From assembly GCA_965231145.1 (NCBI GenBank), contig OZ246420.1:1075294-1107293 (forward strand): 32,000 nt of DNA. Direction: 5' to 3'. Below are positions 1 through 9,518 of this stretch, piece by piece (position 1 is the stretch's first letter; each line of letters starts with the position of its first letter). Both the position numbers and the translations under genes were made by a program. Source of the stretch: Candidatus Saccharimonadota bacterium (lineage in GTDB: Bacteria > Patescibacteriota > Gracilibacteria > Absconditabacterales > Absconditicoccaceae). The notes beneath the pieces are model-generated. The model was not told the origin of the DNA, did no database searches, and saw only the letters and a list, made by a program, of their open reading frames with translations.

Positions 1-173
1 CTTACGATTACTTTTCTGGCAGCTTCTAGTTGTCTGTTAGTCACATAAGCGCTCGTAGTAGCTTTGAGTCCAAAGTCTCCGAAAGAAACCTTGTTTGCTC
101 TTGTAGCAACCCCGCTTATACGACCTCTCATTTGTTTCCTATATTTCCATCTCTTTGGCGTTAAGATAGACAT
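1..173 (-). CDS. rplP: 50S ribosomal protein L16, N-terminal part (gene runs off the left edge)
   Basis: Reverse translation from the ATG at 171-173 gives [38 protein letters not shown]..., a canonical L16 N-terminus. It lies directly downstream of rpsC, as in S10 operons. Confidence 0.85.
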   Translation of the reverse strand, partial: MSILTPKRWKYRKQMRGRISGVATRANKVSFGDFGLKATTSAYVTNRQLEAARKVIV

Positions 174-205
174 CGTTGCTTATTGTTGGATATAAATTAA
201 ATGAT

Positions 206-907
206 TTAGTTAGCGATCTTATTCATAGCTTGTTGCTTCTTTACCTCTTGAGTTTCCACTGGCGCAGACTTTGCCTTTACCAATATATCTCCTTTTGAAA
301 TCCATACTTTTACACCTATGATTCCATATTTTGTAAGAGCTGTTGTATAATGATAATCAATATCTGATCTTAATGTCTGGAGCGATACTCTTCCTTCTGA
401 GAATTTTTCACTTCTTGAGAGATCAACACCACCAAGACGACCTGAAACCTGAACCTTTATACCCGTTGCTCCCTTTTCCATTACTTTCTGGAGAAGAGTT
501 TTTGCAACGCGTCTAAATGGCATACGAGCTTCTATCTGACTTGCAGCAAACTCAGCCATGATCTTAGCTGAAAGCTCAGGGAGTCTTACATCTTTCAATG
601 CAACTTTAAACTCACGACCGAACTTTTTCTGCAGGAGTTTTGTGAAAGCATCAAGCTTTGCTCCGTCTTTTCCGAGAATAACAGCTGGCTTTGCAGTAAA
701 GATGATCACTTCACCTTCTTTATCGGTTTTTCTGATCACCGTCTTTGCAATACCCGCTCTCACGAAAGTAGACTCAACAAGAGCTCTTATCTTGATATCC
801 TCAACAAAGAACTGAGCGCCTTGAGACTTAGTTTTTGCAAACCACTCTGAAGACCACGCTTTCGTGATACCCGCTCTAAATCCTCCTGGATGTACTTTTT
901 GTCCCAT
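206..907 (-). CDS. rpsC: 30S ribosomal protein S3
   Basis: 233-aa ORF starting MGQKVHPGGFRAGITKAWSSEWFA..., with the KH and S3-C signature. Operon position is between rplV and rplP. Confidence 0.95.
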   Translation of the reverse strand: MGQKVHPGGFRAGITKAWSSEWFAKTKSQGAQFFVEDIKIRALVESTFVRAGIAKTVIRKTDKEGEVIIFTAKPAVILGKDGAKLDAFTKLLQKKFGREFKVALKDVRLPELSAKIMAEFAASQIEARMPFRRVAKTLLQKVMEKGATGIKVQVSGRLGGVDLSRSEKFSEGRVSLQTLRSDIDYHYTTALTKYGIIGVKVWISKGDILVKAKSAPVETQEVKKQQAMNKIAN

Positions 908-919
908 AAGAATGAAAGT

Positions 920-1258
920 TTATTTAGTATCTAAAACAACTCTAACAAATGCTCTATGTTTCACATATGCGTGTATTCTTGATCTACCAACAAATCTATT
1001 TCTTTTGATCTCCTGGCCGCGACCCACATTGATATGTGAGATATAGAGCGCCTGTGCTTGCTTCCCGGCATTGGTGATAGCATTAGATTGTGCTGATCTT
1101 ACGACCTTCCAGAGCATCTTTGCTGCTGCTTTTGGCGTATGTTCAAGAACATTGAGAGCTTCATCAACTTGTTTTCATTGGACGAGTCTCGCTAAAAGCT
1201 GCATCTTCTTGTAAGATGTTAGTGCGTATTTAAGCGTTGCTGTAAGACTTTTATTCAT
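920..1258 (-). CDS. rplV: 50S ribosomal protein L22
   Basis: The track ORF 920-1117 extends upstream through one in-frame TGA to the ATG at 1256-1258. The result, MNKSLTATLKYALTSYKKMQLLARLVQ-G-KQVDEALNVLEHTPKAAAKMLWKVV..., puts the TGA on the Gly of the conserved L22 LVRGK motif. Confidence 0.9.
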
Positions 1259-1300
1259 GATATCACTACAATAACAATCGGATAAAAACAAACGAATACT

Positions 1301-1558
1301 TTAGAATGGATGCCCTTTAAACGTTCTTGTGAGGACAAACTCACCGAGTCTATGACCTATCATTTCTTCATTGATATAGAGACTCACAAACTGCTTTCCA
1401 TTATGGACAGCAAAAGTGAAACCAACCATCTCTGGAAGAATTTGAGATGCCCTACTCCACACTTTTATCACCTTTTTATCTCCGCTCTCATTCATCTTCT
1501 GTACTTTTTTTAGAAGAGATTCAGCGACGAAAAAGCCTTTTTTGAGTGATCTTGTCAT
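1301..1558 (-). CDS. rpsS: 30S ribosomal protein S19
   Basis: 85-aa [22 protein letters not shown]...[23 protein letters not shown], a typical S19. It lies between rplB and rplV. Confidence 0.95.
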   Translation of the reverse strand: MTRSLKKGFFVAESLLKKVQKMNESGDKKVIKVWSRASQILPEMVGFTFAVHNGKQFVSLYINEEMIGHRLGEFVLTRTFKGHPF

Positions 1559-1675
1559 TACTTATAGACTATAAAGCTAAATATATTACATAATTCATAA
1601 TTCAGAGATCAAGTTCAGAATGAAATACGGAGTAGATCCTTATTTAATTTTGCTCTCTAATTTCTGCTTTTTGAA

Positions 1676-2521
1676 TTAATTTTTAGTTCTTTTAGATACA
1701 ATAAACTTGTTAGACCACTTCTTACTATTTCTTGTTTTCTTACCTGCAGGTACTGGACGCCCACTAAATGTCTTAGGGAACCTCAAACCAATCTCTGCAT
1801 GTCCTTCTCCACCTCCGTGCGGATGGTCAACCGGGTTCATTGATTTACCGAGTACGTGAGGTTTTCTACCCATCCATCTCTGTCTTCCCGCTTTTCCGAT
1901 AACAACGTTCTTGTGATCTTCGTTACCAAGCTGACCGATAGTTGCAAAACACTTCTCATCAAACTTTCTTACTTCACCAGAAGGAAGTTTTACGAATACA
2001 ACACGAAGCGCCTCATCTTTACCAACGATCTCTCCATATGAACCAGCAGACTTAATGATCTTTCCTTTCGTGAAAGGAGTAAACTCAAGATTGAATACCT
2101 GAAATCCTTCTGGAATATCCTTAAGCTGTTTTCTGTTTCCAGCACTAAGAGTAGCCTGGTCTCCTGTCATGAAGGTATCTCCTACCGAAACCCCTTTCCA
2201 CGCCAACACATATCTTTTTTCTCCGTCAGCATAGTTTACGAGAGCAATTCTTACTGTTCTATATGGATCATACTCGATCTCCGAGACTTTTGCAGGGATA
2301 TTCAACTTATCATATCCTCTGAAATCTACGATACGATAGAGTCTTTTATGACCTCCTCCCATAAACCTTGACGTAACTCTACCGTATTGATTTCTTCCGG
2401 CAGTTGCTCCAAGAGTTTTCACAAGAGACTTTTCTGGTCTCTTTTTCGTAATATCGGAAAAGTCATATCATACCATAGAACGTCTAGATGGAGTATATGC
2501 TTTATACGTTTTCACAGCCAT
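1676..2521 (-). CDS. rplB: 50S ribosomal protein L2
   Basis: The track ORF 1676-2422 extends through one TGA to the ATG at 2519-2521 (MAVKTYKAYTPSRRSMV-G-YDFSDITKKRPEKSLV...). It contains the GGGHKRLYR and NPVDHPHGGGEG motifs. Confidence 0.95.
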
Positions 2522-2557
2522 TGTTACGAGAATGCGTTGATGAAAAATAAAGAATAA

Positions 2558-2899
2558 TTATTCAGCAATAGAGAGAGTTTCTCCCTTCTTAAGAGCTACG
2601 ACAGCTTTCTTGTACGCGCGTCTTACGAGGGTTCTATTTGCTCTTCCCTTTTCCTTTACCCATGCCACATTTACTGAGACTGGAGTAACATTGTATACGA
2701 TCTGTATAGCGTTTTTCACATCTATCTTGTTAGCACCTGCATGTACTTTAAATGAGTACTTCTGAGCATCATCCGACCCCTTATACGCCTTTTCTGTAAC
2801 AATAGGCGCCAAGATAATCTGATAAGGACTAAGCTTAAGCAGAGCTTTTGGAGAAGACGACTTCTTTGCTCTCTGTCTGAGTATTTGCTTAAAGGTCAT
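2558..2899 (-). CDS. rplW: 50S ribosomal protein L23
   Basis: 113-aa ORF containing IILAPIVTEKAY...FKV. Operon position is between rplD and rplB. Confidence 0.85.
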   Translation of the reverse strand: MTFKQILRQRAKKSSSPKALLKLSPYQIILAPIVTEKAYKGSDDAQKYSFKVHAGANKIDVKNAIQIVYNVTPVSVNVAWVKEKGRANRTLVRRAYKKAVVALKKGETLSIAE

Positions 2900-2956
2900 G
2901 GTAACACATAATACGAGTAATAAATATATTCAGATGTTTCACAATCAAATGCTCTA

Positions 2957-3592
2957 TTAAGAAACCAGTGCTTCAATTTTTTCAAGAGATCCATCAAGAA
3001 GAAGAACCTTATCATACTGAAGAAGATCTACTGGGTTGATATAATCAGCGAGGATATACTTTGTGCGAGGAATGTTATTCAACGATTTCTCGATTACCTC
3101 ATTCTTTTCAGACATAACGATGAGTGTTTTCTTCTCAGCCAATCCAATCTTACCAAGCATAGTTATAGCAGACTTCGTCTTGATAGCTGCAAGAGGATTT
3201 GCCTCGAGCCCAAGAAGTTGATCGTTCTTTGCCTTAAGAGTGATGATACCACACAATGCAAGCTTCTTCATTTTCTTATTCATAGCTTTACCGTGATTGA
3301 CATCGTTTCTTGGTCCAAACGCCACACCTCCGTGCTTTCTTATAGGAGAACGGCTTGATCCAGCTCTCGCACTACCAGTACCTTTTTGTCTGAATAGCTT
3401 CTTTCCAGAACCAGCAACCTCTGCTCTCGTTTTTGTATGAGCAATAGGATTGCGGGCATTAGCCTGCTGAAGAAGGAAGAACTCATGGATAAGGTCGTCG
3501 TTGATTCTTTCATCATTGAAAAGAGTTTCATTGAGCGAAAGCTTTCCTGTTGCCTTTCCGTCTTTATTGTAGACTTGTATCGTATATGTCAT
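2957..3592 (-). CDS. rplD: 50S ribosomal protein L4
   Basis: The ORF contains KGTGSARAGSSRSPIRKHGGVAFGP. I chose the start at the internal Met (MTYTIQVYNKDGKATG, ATG 3590-3592) because the 13-aa upstream extension looks non-native. Confidence 0.9.
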   Translation of the reverse strand: MTYTIQVYNKDGKATGKLSLNETLFNDERINDDLIHEFFLLQQANARNPIAHTKTRAEVAGSGKKLFRQKGTGSARAGSSRSPIRKHGGVAFGPRNDVNHGKAMNKKMKKLALCGIITLKAKNDQLLGLEANPLAAIKTKSAITMLGKIGLAEKKTLIVMSEKNEVIEKSLNNIPRTKYILADYINPVDLLQYDKVLLLDGSLEKIEALVS

Positions 3593-3644
3593 ACTTACAC
3601 ACAAAAGTAATTTAAATAGAAAAGTGTTCAAACCATGATATCGA

Positions 3645-4250
3645 CTATGCTACATACACAGCCACGAGACTATTATATGCACCAGGAACAGACCCTCTTA
3701 TAGCAATGAACTTATCATCACCCACGGTAATAATATCTGCTATAGGTCTATGCTGCAAGGTAACAGTCTCGGTACCCATATGTCCAGCATGAGGATGTCC
3801 TTTCTGTACTCTTCTTGGCTTTCTATTACCAAGAGATCCCACGTGTCTATGAAACTTTGAACCGTGTGTTTTTGGACCTCCAGCAAGATGAAACCTCTTT
3901 ACAGCACCTTGAAATCCTTTACCCTTTGAGATTCCCGTTAGAGAGACCTCCTCAACCCCTTCGAGAAGAGAAATATCAACAAAAGAACCCTCAGAAAACT
4001 TCCCCTTGAACATATCGCTCGTAGGAAACTCCTTCATCCAAGCATAGCTTACCTTCTGCCCCTTTTCCTTTGAGAGTTCTTTTTTCCCTCCGGCAAGTAC
4101 GACAGCTTCGTAGCCATCCTTTTCTTCTGTCTTATATCTAACGACCTCCTGTGGAACAAGCTGCAAAAGCGTCACCGCTACATGCGCATCGCCGATCCAG
4201 AGCTTAGTCATTTCTTTTTTTCTGACCATAAGTCACCCTTTTTTCCCCAT
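3645..4250 (-). CDS. rplC: 50S ribosomal protein L3
   Basis: The track ORF extends 7 codons through a TGA to the ATG at 4248-4250 (MGKKG-G-LMVRKKEMTKLW...). It contains KGKGFQGAVKRFHLAGGPKTHGS. Confidence 0.9.
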
Positions 4251-4308
4251 TATAGTTAACGAGATTATTAGCGAGAATAAAATATTTCGTTCGTATTGCA
4301 CACAAAAG

Positions 4309-4629
4309 CTAGAATACTTTCACCTCTACTGAAACACCAACAGGTATTGAGAGATTTTGAAGATACTCTATCGTTTTTGCTCCAGTTTCCACAACATCAA
4401 TAAGTCTTGCGTATGTTGTTCTCTCAAATTGTTCTCTTGCGTTTTTATACACAAAATTTGACCTGAGCACCGTATAAAGCTTTCTTTGCTTAGGAAGTGG
4501 TATAGGTCCCTTCATCGTTGCTCACGATTTCACAAGGAGCCCTATAATCTTGCTCGCAGAACTTTCGAGCATCTTTACATCATAGCTTTTAAGCTTTATC
4601 CTAAGCTTTGGAGATTTTACTTCTGCCAT
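4309..4629 (-). CDS. rpsJ: 30S ribosomal protein S10
   Basis: The track ORF 4309-4515 extends through a TGA to the ATG at 4627-4629. The result, MAEVKSPKLRIKLKSYDVKMLESSASKIIGLLVKS-G-ATMKGPIPLP, puts the TGA on the Gly of the conserved TGA..GPIPLP region. Confidence 0.9.
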
Positions 4630-4685
4630 ACCAGTTCGTTGTTGTGAGGAAAACTAAATATATTTAATATGCAGCACTTAGATGC

Positions 4686-4726
4686 TAGATGTTAGATTAT
4701 GACATACTGTCAACCTCTAACATCTC
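4686..4726. repeat. Intergenic hairpin built from the TAGATGTTAG / CTAACATCT motif, just downstream of tuf
   Basis: AGATGTTAGA (4687-4696) is the exact reverse complement of TCTAACATCT (4716-4725). The same CTAACATCT motif recurs at 16141-16164. Confidence 0.5.
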
Positions 4727-4751
4727 CGATCTAAATGCTATTATTAATGAA

Positions 4752-5924
4752 TTATCCGATAATCTTAGTAATAACTCCGGCACCTACAGTTCTACCACCT
4801 TCACGGATAGCAAATCTGAGACCTTCTTCCATAGCGATCTTGTAGATAAGTTCTACTGAGATCTTAGCATTGTCACCAGGCATAATCATTTCTCTTCCCT
4901 CCATACTTACAGTTCCAGTTACGTCAGTTGTTCTTACGAAGAACTGAGGCTTGTAACCAGCCATAAATGGAGTATGTCTTCCACCTTCTTCCTTCTTCAA
5001 TACGTATACCTCAGCTTCAAATTTGCTGAAAGGCTTAACAGATCCTGGCTTAGCAAGAACTTGTCCTCTTTCTACCTGGTCTTTTTCAATACCTCTGATA
5101 AGAAGACCAACGTTCATACCTGCATCAGCAGACTGATGTTGCTTGTGAAACATTTCAACTCCTGTTACTACTGTTGGAGTTGGCTCGTCCTTAAGACCAA
5201 CGATTTCGATAGGATCATTCATATTGATAACACCTCTTTCAATTCTACCCGTAACCACAGTACCTCTACCCTTAATAGAGAATACGTCTTCAACTGGCAT
5301 AAGGAAAGGCTTAGCTGTATCACGAACTGGATCAGGAATGTAGCTATCAAGAGCAGCGAGAAGATCCCACACACACTTAGCAGCACCAGCTTCGTCAGTT
5401 GAGTTTTCAACCGCCTTAAGAGCCGAACCTCTGATGATAGGAGCGTTAGCACCATCAAATCCGTTCTTAGTAAGGAGATCTCTGATTTCCTCTTCTACGA
5501 GGTCAACCATATCTGCATCCTCCACCATATCACACTTATTGAGGAACACAACGATGTATGGAACATTTACCTGCTTAGCAAGAAGTACGTGCTCTCTTGT
5601 TTGAGGCATTGGTCCGTCTGTAGCAGCAACCACGAGGATAGCTCCGTCCATCTGAGCAGCACCAACGATCATGTTCTTGATATAGTCGGCATGTCCTGGA
5701 CAGTCGATGTGAGCGTAGTGTCTTGTGTCTGTTTCATACTCTACGTGTCTTGTGTTGATAGTAATACCTCTTGCTTTTTCTTCTGGAGCATTATCGATAT
5801 CACCATAGTTTTGCGCCTTTGCAAAACCTTTTGTAGCAGCTACTGTTGTGATAGCAGCAGTCAAAGTTGTTTTACCATGATCTACGTGACCGATGGTACC
5901 TACATTAACGTGTACTTTAGACAT
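4752..5924 (-). CDS. tuf: Elongation factor Tu
   Basis: [26 protein letters not shown]..., with DCPGHADY and NKCD motifs. The start is the ATG at 5922-5924. The 58 upstream residues in the track ORF are read-through of the tRNA-Pro gene. My frame check found no in-frame CGA or CGG codon. Confidence 0.97.
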   Translation of the reverse strand: MSKVHVNVGTIGHVDHGKTTLTAAITTVAATKGFAKAQNYGDIDNAPEEKARGITINTRHVEYETDTRHYAHIDCPGHADYIKNMIVGAAQMDGAILVVAATDGPMPQTREHVLLAKQVNVPYIVVFLNKCDMVEDADMVDLVEEEIRDLLTKNGFDGANAPIIRGSALKAVENSTDEAGAAKCVWDLLAALDSYIPDPVRDTAKPFLMPVEDVFSIKGRGTVVTGRIERGVINMNDPIEIVGLKDEPTPTVVTGVEMFHKQHQSADAGMNVGLLIRGIEKDQVERGQVLAKPGSVKPFSKFEAEVYVLKKEEGGRHTPFMAGYKPQFFVRTTDVTGTVSMEGREMIMPGDNAKISVELIYKIAMEEGLRFAIREGGRTVGAGVITKIIG

Positions 5925-6039
5925 GTCGGATGTATAAGTATAAAAGATAAATATAAGATCCATCGCTGAAGCGACATAACGATCAAGATTCTTCCTTATC
6001 GTCATGTCGCCCCTTCGATATCGAGTGCTGTATAGAATT

Positions 6040-6113
6040 TCGGGGATGCGGGACTCGAACTCGCGGCCTCTTGGTCCCAAACCAAGCGCTCTAGCCATCT
6101 GAGCTAATCCCCG
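6040..6113 (-). tRNA. tRNA-Pro (anticodon UGG)
   Basis: The reverse complement is CGGGGATTAGCTCAGATGGCTAGAGCGCTTGGTTTGGGACCAAGAGGCCGCGAGTTCGAGTCCCGCATCCCCGA. It folds as a cloverleaf with a C1-G72 pair typical of tRNA-Pro and anticodon loop TTTGGGA. Confidence 0.85.
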
Positions 6114-6120
6114 GTAGTAG

Positions 6121-6197
6121 TGGTGGGCATAGGTGGACTCGAACCACCGACCTCGTCCTTATCAGAGACGCGCTCTAACCAACTGAGCTATATGCCC
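6121..6197 (-). tRNA. tRNA-Ile (anticodon GAU), CCA encoded
   Basis: The reverse complement is GGGCATATAGCTCAGTTGGTTAGAGCGCGTCTCTGATAAGGACGAGGTCGGTGGTTCGAGTCCACCTATGCCCACCA, with anticodon loop CTGATAA. Confidence 0.9.
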
Positions 6198-6209
6198 ATA
6201 TAAATTTCG

Positions 6210-6284
6210 TGGTGCCGGGGGGCAGAATTGAACTGCCGACACAGGGCTTTTCAGGCCCCTGCTCTACCACTGAGCTACCCCGGC
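6210..6284 (-). tRNA. tRNA-Phe (anticodon GAA), CCA encoded
   Basis: The reverse complement is GCCGGGGTAGCTCAGTGGTAGAGCAGGGGCCTGAAAAGCCCTGTGTCGGCAGTTCAATTCTGCCCCCCGGCACCA, with anticodon loop CTGAAAA. Confidence 0.9.
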
Positions 6285-6643
6285 TCAATATAATAAGTGT
6301 TCAATTGCCAATTAACCATGTACTCTTTTTTCTGTCCATCTATTTAATAGACAAAAAAAAACAGTGTAAATGACACGTAGAGGCAGTGAGTTGTCCAATG
6401 ACAGCTTTTACCCTACACATTTACTTTAGTAAGTTTCCACCTATGGTTTTTCAAGACCTTAGGCTTGCGATAACCAACCCTTAGCGGGTAGCTCGAATTG
6501 AATTTATATCGTTTTCCTAGCCAATTGCAAGAGAAAAAGAGAGCAAAATAAGACACAAACTATCCATGGATTTTTCACCCGACATCCGTACATAGTTAAT
6601 ACAATATTTTTGATTCTCTTTTTTGTGTTACTTACCCGCAGCC

Positions 6644-7570
6644 ATGTTACACAAACTACGCTTACATGACGCACCCTTTCGCAATATAAAAAAAGGCATC
6701 AAGAACGTTGAAGCCAGACTCTTCGATGAGAAAAGACAACAGATACAGCCTTGAGATACCATTATATTTATCAATAGAAAGCATCCTGAACAGAAAATAC
6801 ACACAACTGTAATAGAACTTTTTCACTACCCAAGCTTCAATGCAATGTTCAAGGAGCTTCATGAAAAATATCGACCTCGGTCCTCACGAGAAGAGTTGGA
6901 AGATTCTATGCTACAATACTACTCTACTGAAGAAGAAAAGAAATATGGGGTGATTGGCATCAAAATACAACCATTCTCTCCACAAGAAGAGACGCTCGCT
7001 ACATACAATGAAAACATTGACGCATATATGGCAAACACCATATCTACCCCCTCAGAAATCTTAAAATATTGGATTAAACGCTCCTTACAATGAGTTCCTC
7101 ACACAGGCACTATCCTAGAAGTTGGCACATGAGGCGGAAGAGATGCTGATTATATCGAATCATTATGATTTAATATATTAAGGAGCGACGGAGCAACAGG
7201 CTTTGTGGAATACCATCGCAATATGGGAAAAAATGTTTTATTATACAATGTGCTCACCGACGAATTACACGATGAGTATGATCTTATTTTCGCTAATGCG
7301 GTACTACTCCACTTCCCTCACTCTGAAGTCGAACACATTCTCAAAAAATGGAAACAACATCTTACACCAACAGGAAAAATATCTCGATGTGTACAAGAGT
7401 GAGTTGGAGAACAATTGAAAGAAAATAAAAATATGAAGAGATATTTTTATTTCCGAAGCGAAGCTGAGGTAAAAGAAGTAATGAAAAATTTGTGATATAA
7501 AAATCTGGATGTATGGGTAGATGAACCTGAACCCGGAAAAAGATGGATACGCTGTATAGCAACTTTATAA
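6644..7570 (+). CDS. Fusion protein: N-terminal ASCH (PUA-like) domain plus C-terminal class I SAM-dependent methyltransferase
   Basis: One 308-codon frame results once six TGA codons are read as Gly. The N-terminal part (LHDAPFRNIKKGIKNVEARLFDEKRQQIQP-G-DTIIF...YYSTEEEKKYGVIGIKI) is ASCH-like. The C-terminal part carries methyltransferase motif I, ILEVGT-G-GGRDADYIESL-G-F, then YDLIFANAVLLHF. The gene holds 4 CGA and 1 CGG codons. Confidence 0.65.
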
Positions 7571-7583
7571 ATTATCAACTATT

Positions 7584-8300
7584 ATGATTAAAACACAAGC
7601 GACAATATCTCATATAGAATACTCTCCGTCTGGTGACGTCACTTTCGTAAGATTCGTTCCTGATGAGAAATTCTCATTTCAGGAAGGACAGTTTGTCATG
7701 ATCGAATCGACATTTAACCACGTCGAGCTTGGGAAGCCTCTCAAGAAACCCTATAGTATTGCAACGACAAATGACGAACTCCAGACAAAAGGAACGCTTG
7801 GCGTGATTGTCAAAAAAACAGTGGAGTGATATATGTCTGACTACCTGACAAAGGGAATACAAATAGGAACTCGCATTGTTCTGACATGACCACTCGGTCA
7901 TATGGTTGACACAAAAGAACAAAACAAATACTTACTTGTCTCTACTGGTAGCGGTGTGTCACCTATGGTCGGACTTCTTACAGAGCTGGCAAAAAATGAC
8001 AATAATACGATCGTCAATATTTTCGGCGAAAGATATCACACACACCTCCTTCCGTCAGTAGAAGAACTTTTTTGGGTGAATAATGACAAGGTAAGAAATA
8101 TTCTCTTTCTCTCACAAGACGACAAGGACGGCTATAGACGCTGACACGTCCAGCTTGCTCTCGACGAGGCGATAACATTTTTAGGCGACAAGAACATAAC
8201 CGTCTTCATCTGCGGTAGTCCTGTCATGGTTGATGATGTCAGGCAGATGTTAACAGAAAGATGATTTTCAAAAGAGCAGATGAAATTTGAAAAATACTAA
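7584..8300 (+). CDS. FNR-like oxidoreductase with FAD- and NAD(P)-binding domains
   Basis: The track fragments 7584-7829 and 7902-8144 join through four TGA codons, with two more TGA codons extending the frame past 8144 to the stop at 8300. Motifs seen are KKPYSIAT (RxYS-type), T-G-PLGH, LLVSTGSGVSPMVGL and FICGSPVM. Confidence 0.65.
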
Positions 8301-8579
8301 CAAACTCAAAATTCAGAGAGCAAAGAGCAGAATTACATATTTTGGGAACTTATGACAATAAAGCTCCGATAGATAATCAGAGCTGATTCATTTGTACTTC
8401 CAGGGACGAGCTTTTTTGGGTCGAACCTCCTTGTTATTTTGCTGCAGCCGCTCTATTAGCGGTCTAATAACCCGTTTCTCTACAGGTATAGTACCATAGC
8501 ATGCTCCGCATAAAGAAGGGCTATTTGTTCGGGGGCTTGGGTGGTTGCATTCGCATACCTTGTTTCTGTTTGAGTCCAT
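8250..8579 (-). CDS. Hypothetical small Cys-rich protein (CxC...CxxC). The extent past the TGA at 8388-8390 is uncertain.
   Basis: ORF MDSNRNKVCECNHPSP.TNSPSLCGACYGTIPVEK.VIRPLIE.LQQNNKEV.PKKARPWKYK. It lies just after the trmD terminator and a TTGACA-N16-TATAGA promoter-like element. If TGA is Gly, the frame runs on to the TAA at 8250-8252 and overlaps the 3' end of the FNR-like gene. It has 2 CGA and 2 CGG codons in 63 codons. Confidence 0.3.
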
Positions 8580-8629
8580 GATACATGTGATTTATTATAA
8601 CTCCTCTATAGTCGTTCGTGGCTCTTTGT

Positions 8630-8660
8630 CAATAAAATAAAAAGCTCGTACGAATACGAG
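8630..8660 (-). terminator. Rho-independent terminator after trmD
   Basis: The minus-strand RNA reads CTCGTA-TTCG-TACGAG followed by CTTTTTATTTTATT, starting 5 nt after the trmD stop. Confidence 0.7.
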
Positions 8661-8664
8661 ATTT

Positions 8665-9363
8665 TTATAATATATTTTTCGTCTGTTCTTTTCTCCATTT
8701 TTCAATCTCAGCATGATGGCCGCTGAGCAACACTTCTGGCACCTTATATCAAAAAATTTCCTCCGGTCTTGTATATTGTGGATATTCTAAATTACGCATG
8801 CTCTGCTCAGGACTATAACTCTCTTGGATATGGCTTTCTTCCTCCTTGATAACTCATGGTATCAGCCTTGCTATCGATTCTATAGCAACCATGGAAGGCA
8901 GCTCTCCACCTAGGGTTACAAACCTTCCCATCGACAATTTTACAAATTGTGCCGGATACTTCTCCTGCATGTATTGTTCAAATCTAAAATCTATCCCCTC
9001 ATAACGCCCACACACAAAAATAATATTTTTTAGACCATCGGCGTACTCATAGGCAATCTCCTGGTTGAATATTTTTTCCGACGGACTCATATAAATCACC
9101 TTCCAGGTGGAATTCGAAATTCAAAATTCTAAATTCTTAATTATTGATTCGACAGACTCAATGATCGGTTTTGCTTTCATGAGCATCCCCGCTCCTCCAC
9201 CATAAATCTCGTCATCGACCTGTTGTTGTTTATCCAGACAAAACTGACGCGGATTGACGAAAGAAAACGACAGCACACCTTTGTCGATCGCTTTCTTTAA
9301 AAGCGATGTTTGAAGAAAAGAATCGTATATTTCAGGGAAAAGAGAGACGATATGAAAGTGCAT
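8665..9363 (-). CDS. trmD: tRNA (guanine37-N1)-methyltransferase
   Basis: The track fragments 9121-9444 and 8854-9099 plus the tail join through three TGA codons. The start is MHFHIVSLFPE (ATG 9361-9363). Motifs are [51 protein letters not shown]. I saw no CGA or CGG codon. Confidence 0.9.
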
Positions 9364-9518
9364 GAACAATGGGTGCAATATTGTGTAAAATAGTATGGTG
9401 TAGTATAAAGCAGCAGCTAGCAAATAGCAATTAGATTTTAGCAATATCCTGAAATCTCCTTGCTATAGCGGGGCGTTTTCCGTATTTCTAAGGGTATATT
9501 TACGATTAATTACTCAGA

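Noticed and set aside
4974-5969. Plus-strand ORFs of 142 aa and 126 aa inside tuf.
   Set aside because: These are antisense shadow ORFs of a highly conserved gene, with no recognisable protein features.
5925-6098. A 58-aa N-terminal extension of the tuf ORF ([20 protein letters not shown]...).
   Set aside because: It is a translation through the tRNA-Pro gene. EF-Tu begins at the canonical [13 protein letters not shown] (ATG 5922-5924).
6470-6530. A tRNA-like string GCGGGTAGCTCGAATTG and direct CCTTAG repeats in the 350-nt tRNA-Phe/ASCH spacer.
   Set aside because: No cloverleaf, anticodon arm or T-arm can be built. The region is AT-rich and is probably just divergent promoter space.
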